DNA of 41,307 bases from Actinomycetota bacterium (GTDB taxonomy: Bacteria; Actinomycetota; Coriobacteriia; Anaerosomatales; UBA3086): the NCBI GenBank assembly GCA_027859125.1, contig JAQIBK010000043.1, positions 1-41,307 on the forward strand, written 5' to 3'. The notes beneath the pieces were generated by a model that ran no database searches, was not told the origin of the DNA, and saw only the letters and a list, made by a program, of their open reading frames with translations. Positions 19,729 to 29,103 of the stretch are shown piece after piece. Position 1 is the first letter of the stretch; each line of letters starts with the position of its first letter. A program made the position numbers and the translations under genes.

Positions 19729-20943
19729 CTACAGGTCGTGGTTCGGGGTATTGGTGTTGTGCTCGGCTTCCCAGATCTGCTGGTCCTCGTGCTCTTTGAT
19801 CGACTCATCGATCGGGTGCAGCTCTCGCGCCCGCCGTTTGGACGGCAGGATACCCTGGGGTCTCAGTGCCATCATGACGACCATCAATCCACCAAAGATC
19901 AGGAAGCGATAGTCACCCAGCAGAGACGCCTGCTCCGGCGTGATGAAGCCCGAGAAGATATCGAGCGTCGCGAGCCAGCGAATGATCTCGGGGAGACCCG
20001 CGATGATCACGGCACCGAGCACCGCACCTCGGATCGAACCCATGCCACCAAGAACGATCATGCAACAGATGAGCACCGACTCCATGAAGTTGAAGGACTC
20101 AGGGCTGATGAATCCGATCCAGTACGCGTAAGTGACACCTGCGATGCCGCCCCACATAGCGCCGAGCGAGAACGCCCAGAGCTTGGTCTTGGTGATGCTG
20201 ATGCCGACGGACGCTGCTGCTACCTCGTCCTCTCTCATCGCGACCCATGAGCGACCCAAACGGGAGTCATCCAGTCGCCTGATCACAAAGACGGCAAAGA
20301 GGCACAGCAACACGATCAAGTAGTACCAGAAGAGGTTCTTGGTGAAGACGAAGTCGCCCATCGAGAAGGTGTCGATCGCCCACTGCTGGCCCGCTGCTGC
20401 GGGAATGCTCTCGCCGACGCGGGGCAGACCAGCTGCTCCACCCGTCAGCTTGGAGTAGTTGGTCAGGAAGATCCTGACGATCTCACCGAAACCGAGGGTG
20501 ACGATCGCCAAGTAGTCGCCCCGAAGCCTGAGAACCGGTGTGCCCAGCGCAAGACCCGTGATCGCGCCAGCCAGAGCGGCAACGGGCAACATGAGCCAGA
20601 ACGTGAAGCCGTCAGCCTTGTCGCCAAGGAAGCTCAGACTGCGCAGCCAGTCCTGGACCACGAACCCGAACAGAACACCCGCGTACGCCCCCATTCCATA
20701 GAAGGCCACGTACCCAAGGTCGAGCAGTCCAGCGTACCCGACAACGATGTTGAGGCCGAGCGAGAGCAGAACGTATATACCGATGACGCCCGCGATGCGA
20801 ACCATGAACATGTTGCCCACAGACTGGAAGTAGATCGGCAGACCTACCACGACCAGCGCGAGCAGCACGTAGCTCACGATCCTCTTTGTCGTCCACTTGC
20901 CTGTGTCCAGCTCCGTGCGGAGCTCCATCTTGCTTCCGCCCAT
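19729..20943 (-). CDS. livM: branched-chain amino acid ABC transporter permease
   Basis: GLNIVVGYAGLLDLGYVAF, LRLRGDYLAIVTLGFGEI, RPQG. Start may be 20928. Confidence 0.93.
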   Translation of the reverse strand: MGGSKMELRTELDTGKWTTKRIVSYVLLALVVVGLPIYFQSVGNMFMVRIAGVIGIYVLLSLGLNIVVGYAGLLDLGYVAFYGMGAYAGVLFGFVVQDWLRSLSFLGDKADGFTFWLMLPVAALAGAITGLALGTPVLRLRGDYLAIVTLGFGEIVRIFLTNYSKLTGGAAGLPRVGESIPAAAGQQWAIDTFSMGDFVFTKNLFWYYLIVLLCLFAVFVIRRLDDSRLGRSWVAMREDEVAAASVGISITKTKLWAFSLGAMWGGIAGVTYAYWIGFISPESFNFMESVLICCMIVLGGMGSIRGAVLGAVIIAGLPEIIRWLATLDIFSGFITPEQASLLGDYRFLIFGGLMVVMMALRPQGILPSKRRARELHPIDESIKEHEDQQIWEAEHNTNTPNHDL

Positions 20944-20946
20944 GAG

Positions 20947-21864
20947 CTACACCTTCTCCACAACGGACTCGCCCAGAAGACCACCGGGCTTGAATACCAG
21001 GACAAGGATCAGGATCGCGAAAGCGATGACGTCTTTGTAGCCCGTGCTGATGAAGCCAGCAGCGAGCGCCTCGATCATCCCCAACGTGAATCCGCCCAAC
21101 ATCGCGCCGCGCAGGTTTCCGATACCGCCGATGACGGCCGCGGTGAACGACTTGATGCCGGGAATGAAGCCCATGTTGTACTTGATGCTGCCGTAGTACA
21201 TTCCTGAGAAGATACCGGCGGCACCACCCAGTGCAGGGCCGATGAAGAACGTCAGCGCGATGATGTAGTTGATGTTGACGCCCATGAGCCCGGCGGCTTC
21301 ACGGTCCTGCGAGACAGCTCGCATGGCCTTGCCGACCCGGGTCTTGGAAACGAAGGTGTCGAGCACCAGTAGAAGAAGGATCGTCGTACCGACGATCAGA
21401 ATCTGCATGCTTGATACGTTGACCCCTGCAATGTCGTCCTGCCTGATCTCAAAGAGGATCGGGAACGGGATCGAACGCGATGATATCCACAGCAAAGCGG
21501 CATTCTGAAGGAATAGAGAAACCCCGATAGCCGAGATGAGCGGAGCGAGCCGAGGCGCATTGCGCAAAGGCCGATAAGCGAAACGCTCCGTCAGCATTCC
21601 GAGCAGACCGGTCACGATCATGCCCGCCAGGAATGCGAGAACATACAGTAGTAGGAGACCGACATTGCTAGAGGTGAAGAAGTCGATCTTGCTCAAGCCA
21701 ATGAGTGTGAAATAGCCGACGTACGCGCCGGTCATGAACATCTCACTGTGTGCAAAGTTGATCAGCAGCAGGATGCCGTAGACGAGCGTATAGCCAAGAG
21801 CAATAAGGGCGTACAATCCCCCCAACGTGATTCCGTTGACCATCTGCTGGCCGATAATCTCCAT
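20947..21864 (-). CDS. livH: branched-chain amino acid ABC transporter permease
   Basis: NGITLGGLYALIALGYTLVYG, INFAH, GKAMRAVSQD, FTAAVIGGIG. Start placed at MEIIGQQ (GGAG upstream); ORF open to 21885. Confidence 0.93.
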   Translation of the reverse strand: MEIIGQQMVNGITLGGLYALIALGYTLVYGILLLINFAHSEMFMTGAYVGYFTLIGLSKIDFFTSSNVGLLLLYVLAFLAGMIVTGLLGMLTERFAYRPLRNAPRLAPLISAIGVSLFLQNAALLWISSRSIPFPILFEIRQDDIAGVNVSSMQILIVGTTILLLLVLDTFVSKTRVGKAMRAVSQDREAAGLMGVNINYIIALTFFIGPALGGAAGIFSGMYYGSIKYNMGFIPGIKSFTAAVIGGIGNLRGAMLGGFTLGMIEALAAGFISTGYKDVIAFAILILVLVFKPGGLLGESVVEKV

Positions 21865-21895
21865 AGACACGAGAGCTCCATCCATTACCAGTACG

Positions 21896-21933
21896 GTCTG
21901 TCCGAGCCACGGATCCGCAGTGCTCAGACAGAC
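21896..21933 (-). other. intergenic RNA hairpin 2 (livK-livH)
   Basis: Minus-strand GUCUGUCUGAGC...GCUCGGACAGAC, 12-bp stem with one G-U pair. Confidence 0.55.
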
Positions 21934-21967
21934 GGGGGTTGCTACAACCGATCACACACCCACAACA

Positions 21968-22010
21968 ATCCGGACGGGGGACTGTCTTGCATCTCCTCCC
22001 CCGTCCGGAT
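21968..22010 (-). terminator. intergenic hairpin after livK (mRNA stabiliser or partial terminator)
   Basis: Perfect 14-bp inverted repeat ATCCGGACGGGGGA / TCCCCCGTCCGGAT with a 15-nt loop and only a weak U-tract. Confidence 0.6.
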
Positions 22011-22053
22011 CGATTTCAATAATGTGGGTTAGCTACCGGCTACCCTGCGTCAA

Positions 22054-23250
22054 TTACTTGACGGGTACCCAGGCACCACCTTCGACGACGTACGGAGTGA
22101 TGGCCTTGTTCAGCGTGTCACCCTTCTCGTCGAAGGAGACCGCGCCAGTGACACCGGCGTAGTCGGTTGCGGCAACGGCCTCGATGATGGCCTGCTTGCC
22201 AGCAACGGACGTCAGCTCGTCGGCGCCCATATCGGCGGCAACGGCCTTGATGGCCTCGATGATGACCATGGCGGCATCGTAGGCATACGTGTCATACGCC
22301 TCGATGGTCTCGCCGGGGTAGGCCGCCTCGAAGGAAGCGATGAAGTCCTGACCCTTGGGCTGCTCGTTCAGGGGCAGACCAACGGAGGTGGAGTAGTCAC
22401 CCTCGTCGCCACCGATCTCAATGAACTGCTGCGTGTAGAGACCGTCGCCACCCATGATCGGGGCGGTCATGCCGGCCTCTTTGGCCTGACGGGAAACCAG
22501 ACCGGCCTCGGTGTACATACCACCGAAGTAGATCATGTCAGGGTTGAGAGCTTCCATCTTGGTGACGAGTGCCTTGAAGTCCTGGTCCTTGAGCTGGATC
22601 TTCTCGGAAAGGAGAATCTCGCCGCCCTCGGCCTCGAACTGCTTGGCGAACTCAGCGGCCAGACCCTCACCGTATGGGGTGGAGTCGTCAAGCACGACGG
22701 CAGTCATGGCGCCGAGCTCGTTGTAGGCGAAGGTGCCCGCATACGAACCCTGGACCGTGTCGATGGTGCAAACACGGAAGACGTTCTTGAAGCCCTGCTC
22801 GGTGAGCTGGGGATTCGTGGACGCCGGAGAGACCTGCACTATGCCAGCCTCGTTGTACACAGCAGACGTGGGAATCGAGACACCCGAGTTCAGGTGAGCC
22901 ACGACACCGACGACCTCGCTATCGGAGATCATCTGGTTGGCAGCATTGACGCCCGTCTTGGGGTCAGCAGCATCGTCAACCGCGAACGCGCTGAGGTCGA
23001 TGCCGAGATCGGCAAGCTCATCAGCCGAATCGGAGATCGCCAGAAGTGCGCCGTTCTTGATACCAAGGCCGAGTGCCGCAACGTCACCGGTGAACGGAGA
23101 GCTGACACCGATCTTGATCTCGACCAGATCACTGGTGCTGGCGGAATCGCCAGAGTCAGCATCTTCGCTACCGCAACCGGTAACGACCATCGCCAGAAGA
23201 ACAAGTACGGCGATGAGGGTGAAGAGTCTCTTGCTCTTTACCACAGTCAT
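22054..23250 (-). CDS. livK: branched-chain amino acid ABC transporter substrate-binding lipoprotein
   Basis: SD GGGAGG; lipobox VVTGC; HLNSGVSIP, VSPASTNPQLT, FRVCTID, YGEGLA, YAYDAA. Confidence 0.92.
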   Translation of the reverse strand: MTVVKSKRLFTLIAVLVLLAMVVTGCGSEDADSGDSASTSDLVEIKIGVSSPFTGDVAALGLGIKNGALLAISDSADELADLGIDLSAFAVDDAADPKTGVNAANQMISDSEVVGVVAHLNSGVSIPTSAVYNEAGIVQVSPASTNPQLTEQGFKNVFRVCTIDTVQGSYAGTFAYNELGAMTAVVLDDSTPYGEGLAAEFAKQFEAEGGEILLSEKIQLKDQDFKALVTKMEALNPDMIYFGGMYTEAGLVSRQAKEAGMTAPIMGGDGLYTQQFIEIGGDEGDYSTSVGLPLNEQPKGQDFIASFEAAYPGETIEAYDTYAYDAAMVIIEAIKAVAADMGADELTSVAGKQAIIEAVAATDYAGVTGAVSFDEKGDTLNKAITPYVVEGGAWVPVK

Positions 23251-23348
23251 ACCTCCCTATAGTTTTCTAGCTTCCCAGCTTCCCTTTGCAAGCCAAAGCA
23301 TGGAACGCTCCGCAGATATCTCAAAGGACAATCCTGTGAGACCGTGGG

Positions 23349-23357
23349 AGTCTATCA
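23349..23357 (-). promoter_or_regulatory. putative extended -10 element (TGaTAGACT) for the liv operon
   Basis: Minus-strand TGATAGACT with TTGTTG 18 nt upstream of the hexamer, about 100 nt before livK. Confidence 0.35.
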
Positions 23358-23405
23358 GAATCAAACCATGCACAACAAGCAGGATCATCACAGTGGGAAC
23401 GCATA

Positions 23406-23438
23406 GAAAAAAGTGCATGACGACCCCTCATGCACTCC
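23406..23438 (-). terminator. Rho-independent terminator of the cysK-rrf2 operon
   Basis: AGTGCATGA-N7-TCATGCACT stem running into a U-tract on the minus strand, about 30 nt after the rrf2 stop. Confidence 0.8.
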
Positions 23439-23466
23439 CGAAACTTAATGGCCATTCATTATTCAT

Positions 23467-23883
23467 CTAGATGAAATACATATGTTGCTCACGACGCTCT
23501 ATCTCGTCCTGAATATGTGCGAGATCGGCCACAGTCACAGCTGCCATGACCCCCTTGAGCGTGTCAGCAACTTCTGTCCACATCAGGGACACGGCATCAT
23601 GCATATCGCTCCGCCGATCGAGGACGGTGCCCTCAAGCTCAAGCGCCACATCCGCGACGTTGATCTCGTCGGCCGATCGCGAGAGCCGACATCCGCCTGC
23701 GGGACCCCTTCTGCACTCGATCAACCCCTTGCGCGACAGTTCCGTGATCTGCTGCTCCAGGAACCTTCTCGGCAGACTGAGTCGGAGGGATAATCCCGCC
23801 ACAGACAGGCGCTCTCCGGAATCCAGACGTGCGAGTTCGACCAATGCACGGAGCGCGTGGTCCAACCTCTTTGTGACTCGCAT
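23467..23883 (-). CDS. cymR: Rrf2-family transcriptional regulator, CymR-like
   Basis: Rrf2 wHTH (ALRALVELA, FLEQ, RGPAGG); no Fe-S Cys triad; C-terminus MYFI; ATG overlaps the cysK stop (TGATG). Confidence 0.8.
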   Translation of the reverse strand: MRVTKRLDHALRALVELARLDSGERLSVAGLSLRLSLPRRFLEQQITELSRKGLIECRRGPAGGCRLSRSADEINVADVALELEGTVLDRRSDMHDAVSLMWTEVADTLKGVMAAVTVADLAHIQDEIERREQHMYFI

Positions 23884-24833
23884 CAGGCCAGACCCTCCCA
23901 CAGAGCCGTGGTGAGGTAGCGTTCGCCGGTCGATGGCGCCACGGTGACGACAGTCCCTCCCTGCATGCCCTCCTCGGCGGCAAGGCGGAGCGCGGCAACA
24001 ACGTTGGCGCCGCTGGAGATTCCGGCCATGATGCCCTCCTCGGCGGCAAGGCGGCGTGCCATCACGATGGCATCCTCGCCTTTGACGGTGTAGACGTCAT
24101 CGAGCACATCGAGGTCCAGCGTGTCAGGAATGAAGTTGGCGCCGATACCCTGAATGATGTGTGGACCCGGCGTGAGCGTCTCACCGGCGATCCGCTGAGA
24201 GATGATAGCCGACTCTGCCGGCTCAGCAGCGACGATACGCGTTGCTCCGTCCTTCTCCTTGAGGTACCTGCCCACACCGGAGACAGTCCCTCCAGTACCC
24301 ACGCCAGCAACGAACGCCGTGGGCACCCCACCCATGGCTTGAACGATCTCAGGCCCGGTCGTGCGGTAGTGCGCCAGGGGGTTGGCGGGATTCGTGAACT
24401 GTCCGGGCATGAACGCGCCTGGGATGGAGTCCAGTAGTTCCAGGGAACGATCGACCGAGCCCCGCATGCCCAGTCCGCCAGGAGTGAGTATGAGCTCGGC
24501 ACCGTATGCGGCGAGAAGTCGTCGTCGTTCGACCGACATGCTGTCGGGCATCGTCAGGATGACACGGTAGCCGCGCGACGCGCCGATCATCGCCAGCGCG
24601 ATGCCTGTGTTCCCTGAAGTCGGCTCGACCAGCACTGTCCTGCCGGGCTCGATCAAGCCCCGCGCTTCGGCATCATCGATCATGGAGAGCGCGATACGGT
24701 CCTTCACAGCGCCACCGGGGTTTCGGGATTCAAGTTTGATGTACACCGTGACGCCGCCATCGACCGATATATGCGACAACCGCACCATAGGAGTGGCACC
24801 GATCGTTTCGACTACAGTTGGGCTGATCTCCAT
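23883..24833 (-). CDS. cysK: cysteine synthase A (O-acetylserine sulfhydrylase)
   Basis: IGATPMV, KLESRNPGGAVKDR (PLP Lys), EPTSGNTG, QFTNPAN, GVGTGGT, IQGIG, GISSGA, STGERYL. Start at MEISPTV. Confidence 0.95.
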   Translation of the reverse strand: MEISPTVVETIGATPMVRLSHISVDGGVTVYIKLESRNPGGAVKDRIALSMIDDAEARGLIEPGRTVLVEPTSGNTGIALAMIGASRGYRVILTMPDSMSVERRRLLAAYGAELILTPGGLGMRGSVDRSLELLDSIPGAFMPGQFTNPANPLAHYRTTGPEIVQAMGGVPTAFVAGVGTGGTVSGVGRYLKEKDGATRIVAAEPAESAIISQRIAGETLTPGPHIIQGIGANFIPDTLDLDVLDDVYTVKGEDAIVMARRLAAEEGIMAGISSGANVVAALRLAAEEGMQGGTVVTVAPSTGERYLTTALWEGLA

Positions 24834-24853
24834 GCGTGCACCAATCCAATCAA

Positions 24854-24905
24854 CTATAAACACATAGGCATTACGTACTATATGACACAACAGGGCGCAA
24901 ACCAA
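24854..24905 (-). promoter_or_regulatory. putative sigma-A promoter of cysK (TTGGTT-17-TATAGT) with a downstream CTAT-N6-ATAG inverted repeat
   Basis: -35 at 24900-24905 and -10 at 24877-24882 on the minus strand; palindrome at 24854-24867 just downstream of the predicted start site; AT-rich region. Confidence 0.45.
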
Positions 24906-25042
24906 ACAGTGTGGTCCCTGGAGAGCGCCAATCGGTCACAATCAGAGTCACACGGATGATTTCCATGAGATTCTCGGTTGGGCGATATGAGATATGGATA
25001 TATATAGAAATCTAGTGTCCGTTTCTGGGCAAGGAGGCAAGC

Positions 25043-25480
25043 ATGGTCAATATCTGGTTCTGGGTTTGGGTAGCACTTGCAGCGATTCTGTTCACAGCAG
25101 AGATCTTCACGGCAGGTTTTTTCATGCTGCCTTTTGGAATTGGCGCAGCCGCTGCAGCGCTGCTGGAGTTCCTGGGAATGGGTGTGGGCTGGCAATGGGC
25201 CGTCTTCATAGTGGTCTCCGCCATCAGCCTGGTGTTCTTCAGACGGTTCTCAGACAGCGTGACTCATGAGCCTCCGGTCAAGATGGGGGCCGATCGCCTG
25301 ATCGGGATGTCCGGAATCGTGGTGGAGGATCTGACACCCCACAGTTCGAAGGGCGCAATCAGAGTGGATCACGAGGAATGGCGTGCTGAGACCTCTGATT
25401 CGGCCTCTGCGCCTGTAGGCACCGTGGTGATCGTGAAAGCCGTGGAGGGCACGCATCTAGTGGTGGATCCTAAGAAGTAG
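25043..25480 (+). CDS. NfeD-family membrane protein (C-terminal OB domain)
   Basis: SD AAGGAGG; N-terminal TMs ([17 protein letters not shown]), [21 protein letters not shown]; upstream of the SPFH gene. Confidence 0.88.
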   Translation: MVNIWFWVWVALAAILFTAEIFTAGFFMLPFGIGAAAAALLEFLGMGVGWQWAVFIVVSAISLVFFRRFSDSVTHEPPVKMGADRLIGMSGIVVEDLTPHSSKGAIRVDHEEWRAETSDSASAPVGTVVIVKAVEGTHLVVDPKK

Positions 25481-25542
25481 AAAGGCAGCGGCGTAGTGGC
25501 TCGAGTCGCGAGTCAGATCGTCGCCGAGATGGGAGGAAAGAG

Positions 25543-26499
25543 ATGGCAGAGGGAATCGGAGCGGTGTTTTTCGGCATCATCCTGATCGGAGTGCTGTTCG
25601 TATACGCGATCGCGGCGATACGGATCGTGCGCCCATACGAAAAGGGAATCATTGAGCGGCTGGGCAAGTACCAGCGCACGTACGAGTCGGGTCTGCACCT
25701 GATCATCCCGTTCGTTGACAAGCTCTCCAAGGTGGACATGCGCGAGAACGTCGTGGATGTTCCGCCGCAGGAGGTAATCACCAAGGACAACGTCGTGGTC
25801 ACCGTCGACGCCGTCGTGTACTACGAGGCGACCGATCCTGTGAAGCTCATGTACAACGTGGCCAACTTCTACATGGCCGCCACCAAGCTGGCACAGACGA
25901 ACCTGCGAAACGTCATTGGCGAGATGCAGCTCGACGAGTCCCTGACGTCGCGCGAGAAGATCAACGCCGCACTGCGGCAGATCCTCGACGACGCCACCGA
26001 CAAGTGGGGCGTGCGAGTCGTTCGAGTGGAACTGCAGCGCATTGAACCGCCGGTCGATGTGACCGAGGCCATGCACCGCCAAATGAAGGCCGAACGCACG
26101 AAGCGTGCGGACATCCTCGAAGCCGAGGGTGACAGGCAGGCGGCGATCACGCGCGCAGAAGGCTCGAAGCAGTCAGCGATCCTGGAGTCCGAAGGCCAGG
26201 CCGAAGCGATCAAGCGGGTCGCCGAAGCGCAGAAGTTCCAGAGGCTGACGGTGGCCGAGGGAGAAGCGCTCGCAATCTCATCGGTCTACAAAGCGATCCA
26301 TGAAGGTGGTCCGACCAACGATCTGATCGCCATCAAGTATCTGGAGTCTCTTGAGGCGATCGCCCAGGGACCTGCGAACAAGGTGTTCCTCCCAATGGAG
26401 GTCGCTGGGATCATGGGAAGCATCGGCGGGATCGCCGAGCTGTTCAAGAACGACGCGGTACGCCCAACGTCTCCCACTCCCCCTCCGCCTGTGCGGTAG
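25543..26499 (+). CDS. SPFH/band 7 (stomatin/QmcA-like) protein
   Basis: [46 protein letters not shown] coiled coil. Confidence 0.93.
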   Translation: MAEGIGAVFFGIILIGVLFVYAIAAIRIVRPYEKGIIERLGKYQRTYESGLHLIIPFVDKLSKVDMRENVVDVPPQEVITKDNVVVTVDAVVYYEATDPVKLMYNVANFYMAATKLAQTNLRNVIGEMQLDESLTSREKINAALRQILDDATDKWGVRVVRVELQRIEPPVDVTEAMHRQMKAERTKRADILEAEGDRQAAITRAEGSKQSAILESEGQAEAIKRVAEAQKFQRLTVAEGEALAISSVYKAIHEGGPTNDLIAIKYLESLEAIAQGPANKVFLPMEVAGIMGSIGGIAELFKNDAVRPTSPTPPPPVR

Positions 26500-26523
26500 A
26501 GGGAGTCATGAACTGCACGAACA

Positions 26524-26558
26524 GAAAGGAGCGTCGCAAAGCGGCGCTCCTTCTCTTT
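26524..26558. terminator. probable bidirectional terminator between the SPFH gene and mog
   Basis: AAGGAGCGTCGC-AAA-GCGGCGCTCCTT stem flanked by A-rich and T-rich runs between convergent genes. Confidence 0.7.
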
Positions 26559-26580
26559 GCCATCACTTGTTCACAGAAAC

Positions 26581-27063
26581 CTAGTGGCCCCCACCGACAA
26601 CCATATCGTGTGCGTGCTCCATCTGATCGACGATGAAACCGAAGCACTCGGTGGCCGCCTTCCGACTGCCAGGCAGGTTCACGATCAGAGTCGTGCCCCT
26701 GAGACCGGCTGTAGCGCGCGAAAGCATCGCCCGACGGGTGACCTCGAGGCTGCCTATCCTCATCGCCTCAGCGATTCCGGGAGCCATTCTGTCGCATACC
26801 GTCGCAGTGGCCTCCGGAGTAACGTCCCGAGCACTGAAACCGGTCCCCCCGCACGTGAGAACGATGTCTGTGTGCGCGTCGTCGGCAAGTGACTCGAGGG
26901 CGATCACGATCGCGTCTTGATCATCGGGGACCACACGGTGATCGATCACGATCCAGCCATTCTCAACACATGTTGCAGCCAGAGCCGCGCCCGCCGTGTC
27001 CTCGGCCAGCGATCTGGTATCGCTGCATGTGAGAATCGCAATGTTCAGTGAACCCACTCCCAC
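26581..27063 (-). CDS. mog: molybdopterin adenylyltransferase (MogA/MoaB family)
   Basis: ILTCSD, DTAG, VVPDD, TCGGTGFSARDVTPEAT, AMLSRATAG, IVNLPGS. Confidence 0.9.
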   Translation of the reverse strand: MGVGSLNIAILTCSDTRSLAEDTAGAALAATCVENGWIVIDHRVVPDDQDAIVIALESLADDAHTDIVLTCGGTGFSARDVTPEATATVCDRMAPGIAEAMRIGSLEVTRRAMLSRATAGLRGTTLIVNLPGSRKAATECFGFIVDQMEHAHDMVVGGGH

Positions 27064-27570
27064 TCACTCCCCTTCTGGCTCAGGAACACGGTCACATGTG
27101 CCATCGCCAACAGAGTCGATGACTATCTCATCGCCCGCCTTCATCTCTCCGGGCTCGCAGACCACAGCGAAGACGCCCTCCTTGGGCATCACGCAGTCGC
27201 CTGCCTGGTAGTAGATGGCACAGCGGTTGTGGCACACCTTGCCGATCTGACTGATCTCGAGCACGACACCTTCACCGACGGACAGACGCGAGCCGACGGG
27301 CAACGCCGGAAGATCGAGGCCCCTTGTGGTCACATTCTCGCCAAAATCCCCAGCTGTGACGTCGAGACCCTTTGCCACCATCTTGTCCACCGACTCTTGG
27401 GCGAGAAGACTCACCTGCCTGTGCCAGTCACCCGCGTGCGCGTCACCATCGACCCCGTGATCGTGAACGAGGTCGATGCACGCAGTGGGAGTCTTGCGCA
27501 CACCTTTACGATCGGAGATGTTGACGGAGACAACCGTACCGCGCATTCCGGGTTGAATGGAAACTGTCAC
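27064..27570 (-). CDS. MOSC-domain protein
   Basis: [46 protein letters not shown]. Start GTG at 27570 (GTGA overlap with the moaC stop). Confidence 0.88.
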   Translation of the reverse strand: MTVSIQPGMRGTVVSVNISDRKGVRKTPTACIDLVHDHGVDGDAHAGDWHRQVSLLAQESVDKMVAKGLDVTAGDFGENVTTRGLDLPALPVGSRLSVGEGVVLEISQIGKVCHNRCAIYYQAGDCVMPKEGVFAVVCEPGEMKAGDEIVIDSVGDGTCDRVPEPEGE

Positions 27571-28079
27571 CGTTCCTCCTCCTGACGCACCCATCTGCCG
27601 GATCGACCGCCCTCTTTGCTGAGCAGCCGAACATCCTCGATGACCATGCCGCGGTCCACGGCCTTGCACATGTCGTAGATGGTGAGCGCGGCGGTCGCCG
27701 CAGCGGTGAGCGCCTCCATCTCGACACCTGTTCTTCCGGTTGTCTCGGCCGTCGCCTCTATCTCGATTCCTACTCTAGCGTCGCCTGAGGGCGCGAGCTG
27801 GACGGTCACACTCGTGAGCGGAATCGGGTGGCACAGCGGGATCAGATCCGATGTTCGTTTCGCGGCCGTGATGCCAGCTATCCGAGCGACCGCCATGACG
27901 TCTCCTTTCGCAGCCGTCCCCGACTCGATTAGAGCAAGCGTCTCCGGTCGCATCCGAATGAAGGATCCCGCGACCGCAACACGTCGAGTCTCCGGCTTCT
28001 CGCCAACGTCCACCATGTGCGCGTGACCTCTCGCATCAAGATGCGTGAGCCCATCGCCCCGAACGGGAGTATCAGACAT
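27567..28079 (-). CDS. moaC: cyclic pyranopterin monophosphate synthase
   Basis: [48 protein letters not shown]. Confidence 0.96.
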   Translation of the reverse strand: MSDTPVRGDGLTHLDARGHAHMVDVGEKPETRRVAVAGSFIRMRPETLALIESGTAAKGDVMAVARIAGITAAKRTSDLIPLCHPIPLTSVTVQLAPSGDARVGIEIEATAETTGRTGVEMEALTAAATAALTIYDMCKAVDRGMVIEDVRLLSKEGGRSGRWVRQEEER

Positions 28080-28083
28080 TGCC

Positions 28084-29103
28084 TCACCCTCCAATCTGCG
28101 ACATGCCGCGCACAGTACCGCGTCGCTGCTCGTGCGTTTCAGGCTTCTCTCTCAGTGCGGCGGCAATCACCTCGTTCACTTCTCGGTCCGTGCCCTCACG
28201 CAGCGCTGTCTTGACATCGAACTCCCGGTCCGAGAACAAACATGGCCTGATTCGACCGTCGGCCGTCAGACGCAACCTGTTGCACTCGCCGCAGAAGTGC
28301 CGCGACAGCGGTGAAATGACACCCAAAGTGCCGACGGAAGCCGGCATCGTGAAGTAGCGAGCCGGACCCCATCCCTCGGGACCCTGGCCTTTGTGCACGG
28401 CCTCTATGGGCCCCAGCCCCTGAGCCGACATTGCAGTGCCGAGCGTTTCAATGATCTCGTCCGATGGCACGTGATCGGCCTCGGTCCAACACCCTTGGTG
28501 CCCTCGCGCGCCCACAGCGTTGGCGTCTCCGACAGGCATGTACTCGATGAACCGCACGTGGATCGGTCGATCGATCGCCAACTTGGCGAACGAGGCGAGA
28601 TCCTGCTCCAACGAGCGAACCACGACCACATTGAGTTTCACGGGCTTGAACCCGACCTCCAGTGCGGTATCGAGCCCGTCAAGAGCATCCTGAAGTCGTC
28701 CGCCTCGTGTCATCTCCGCGTAGACATCGGGATCCAGTGAATCGAGTGATATGTTCACACGCGACAAGCCCGCGTCGCGCAGCTGCTGTGCATACTTGGG
28801 CAACAGGATCGCATTCGTCGTGAGCGCGATGGAGTCGAGTCCGGTGATCGCCCTCAAGCGTCTGACATGCCCGACGAGACCCTTGCGCACCAGTGGCTCC
28901 CCGCCTGTGAGGCGAATCTTCCGGATCCCATTCTCCACCGCGATCGCCGCGAACCGCTCGATCTCCTCAAAACTCAGGATGCCCTCCATGGGCTTCCACT
29001 CAATGCCCTCAGGCGGCATGCAGTAGACGCAGCGCAAGTTGCATCTGTCGGTGACGCTTATTCGCAGATAGTCGATCGTACGTCCATGCGAGTCATGCGC
29101 CAT
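28084..29103 (-). CDS. moaA: GTP 3',8-cyclase
   Basis: [39 protein letters not shown]...PCL, C-terminal MSQIGG. Start at MAHDSHGR. Confidence 0.96.
   Translation of the reverse strand: MAHDSHGRTIDYLRISVTDRCNLRCVYCMPPEGIEWKPMEGILSFEEIERFAAIAVENGIRKIRLTGGEPLVRKGLVGHVRRLRAITGLDSIALTTNAILLPKYAQQLRDAGLSRVNISLDSLDPDVYAEMTRGGRLQDALDGLDTALEVGFKPVKLNVVVVRSLEQDLASFAKLAIDRPIHVRFIEYMPVGDANAVGARGHQGCWTEADHVPSDEIIETLGTAMSAQGLGPIEAVHKGQGPEGWGPARYFTMPASVGTLGVISPLSRHFCGECNRLRLTADGRIRPCLFSDREFDVKTALREGTDREVNEVIAAALREKPETHEQRRGTVRGMSQIGG

Noticed and set aside
24984-25012. TATATA-rich stretch as a ModE box
   Set aside because: Lacks the CGxTATATA-N-TATATAxCG dyad and is not upstream of Mo/W genes.
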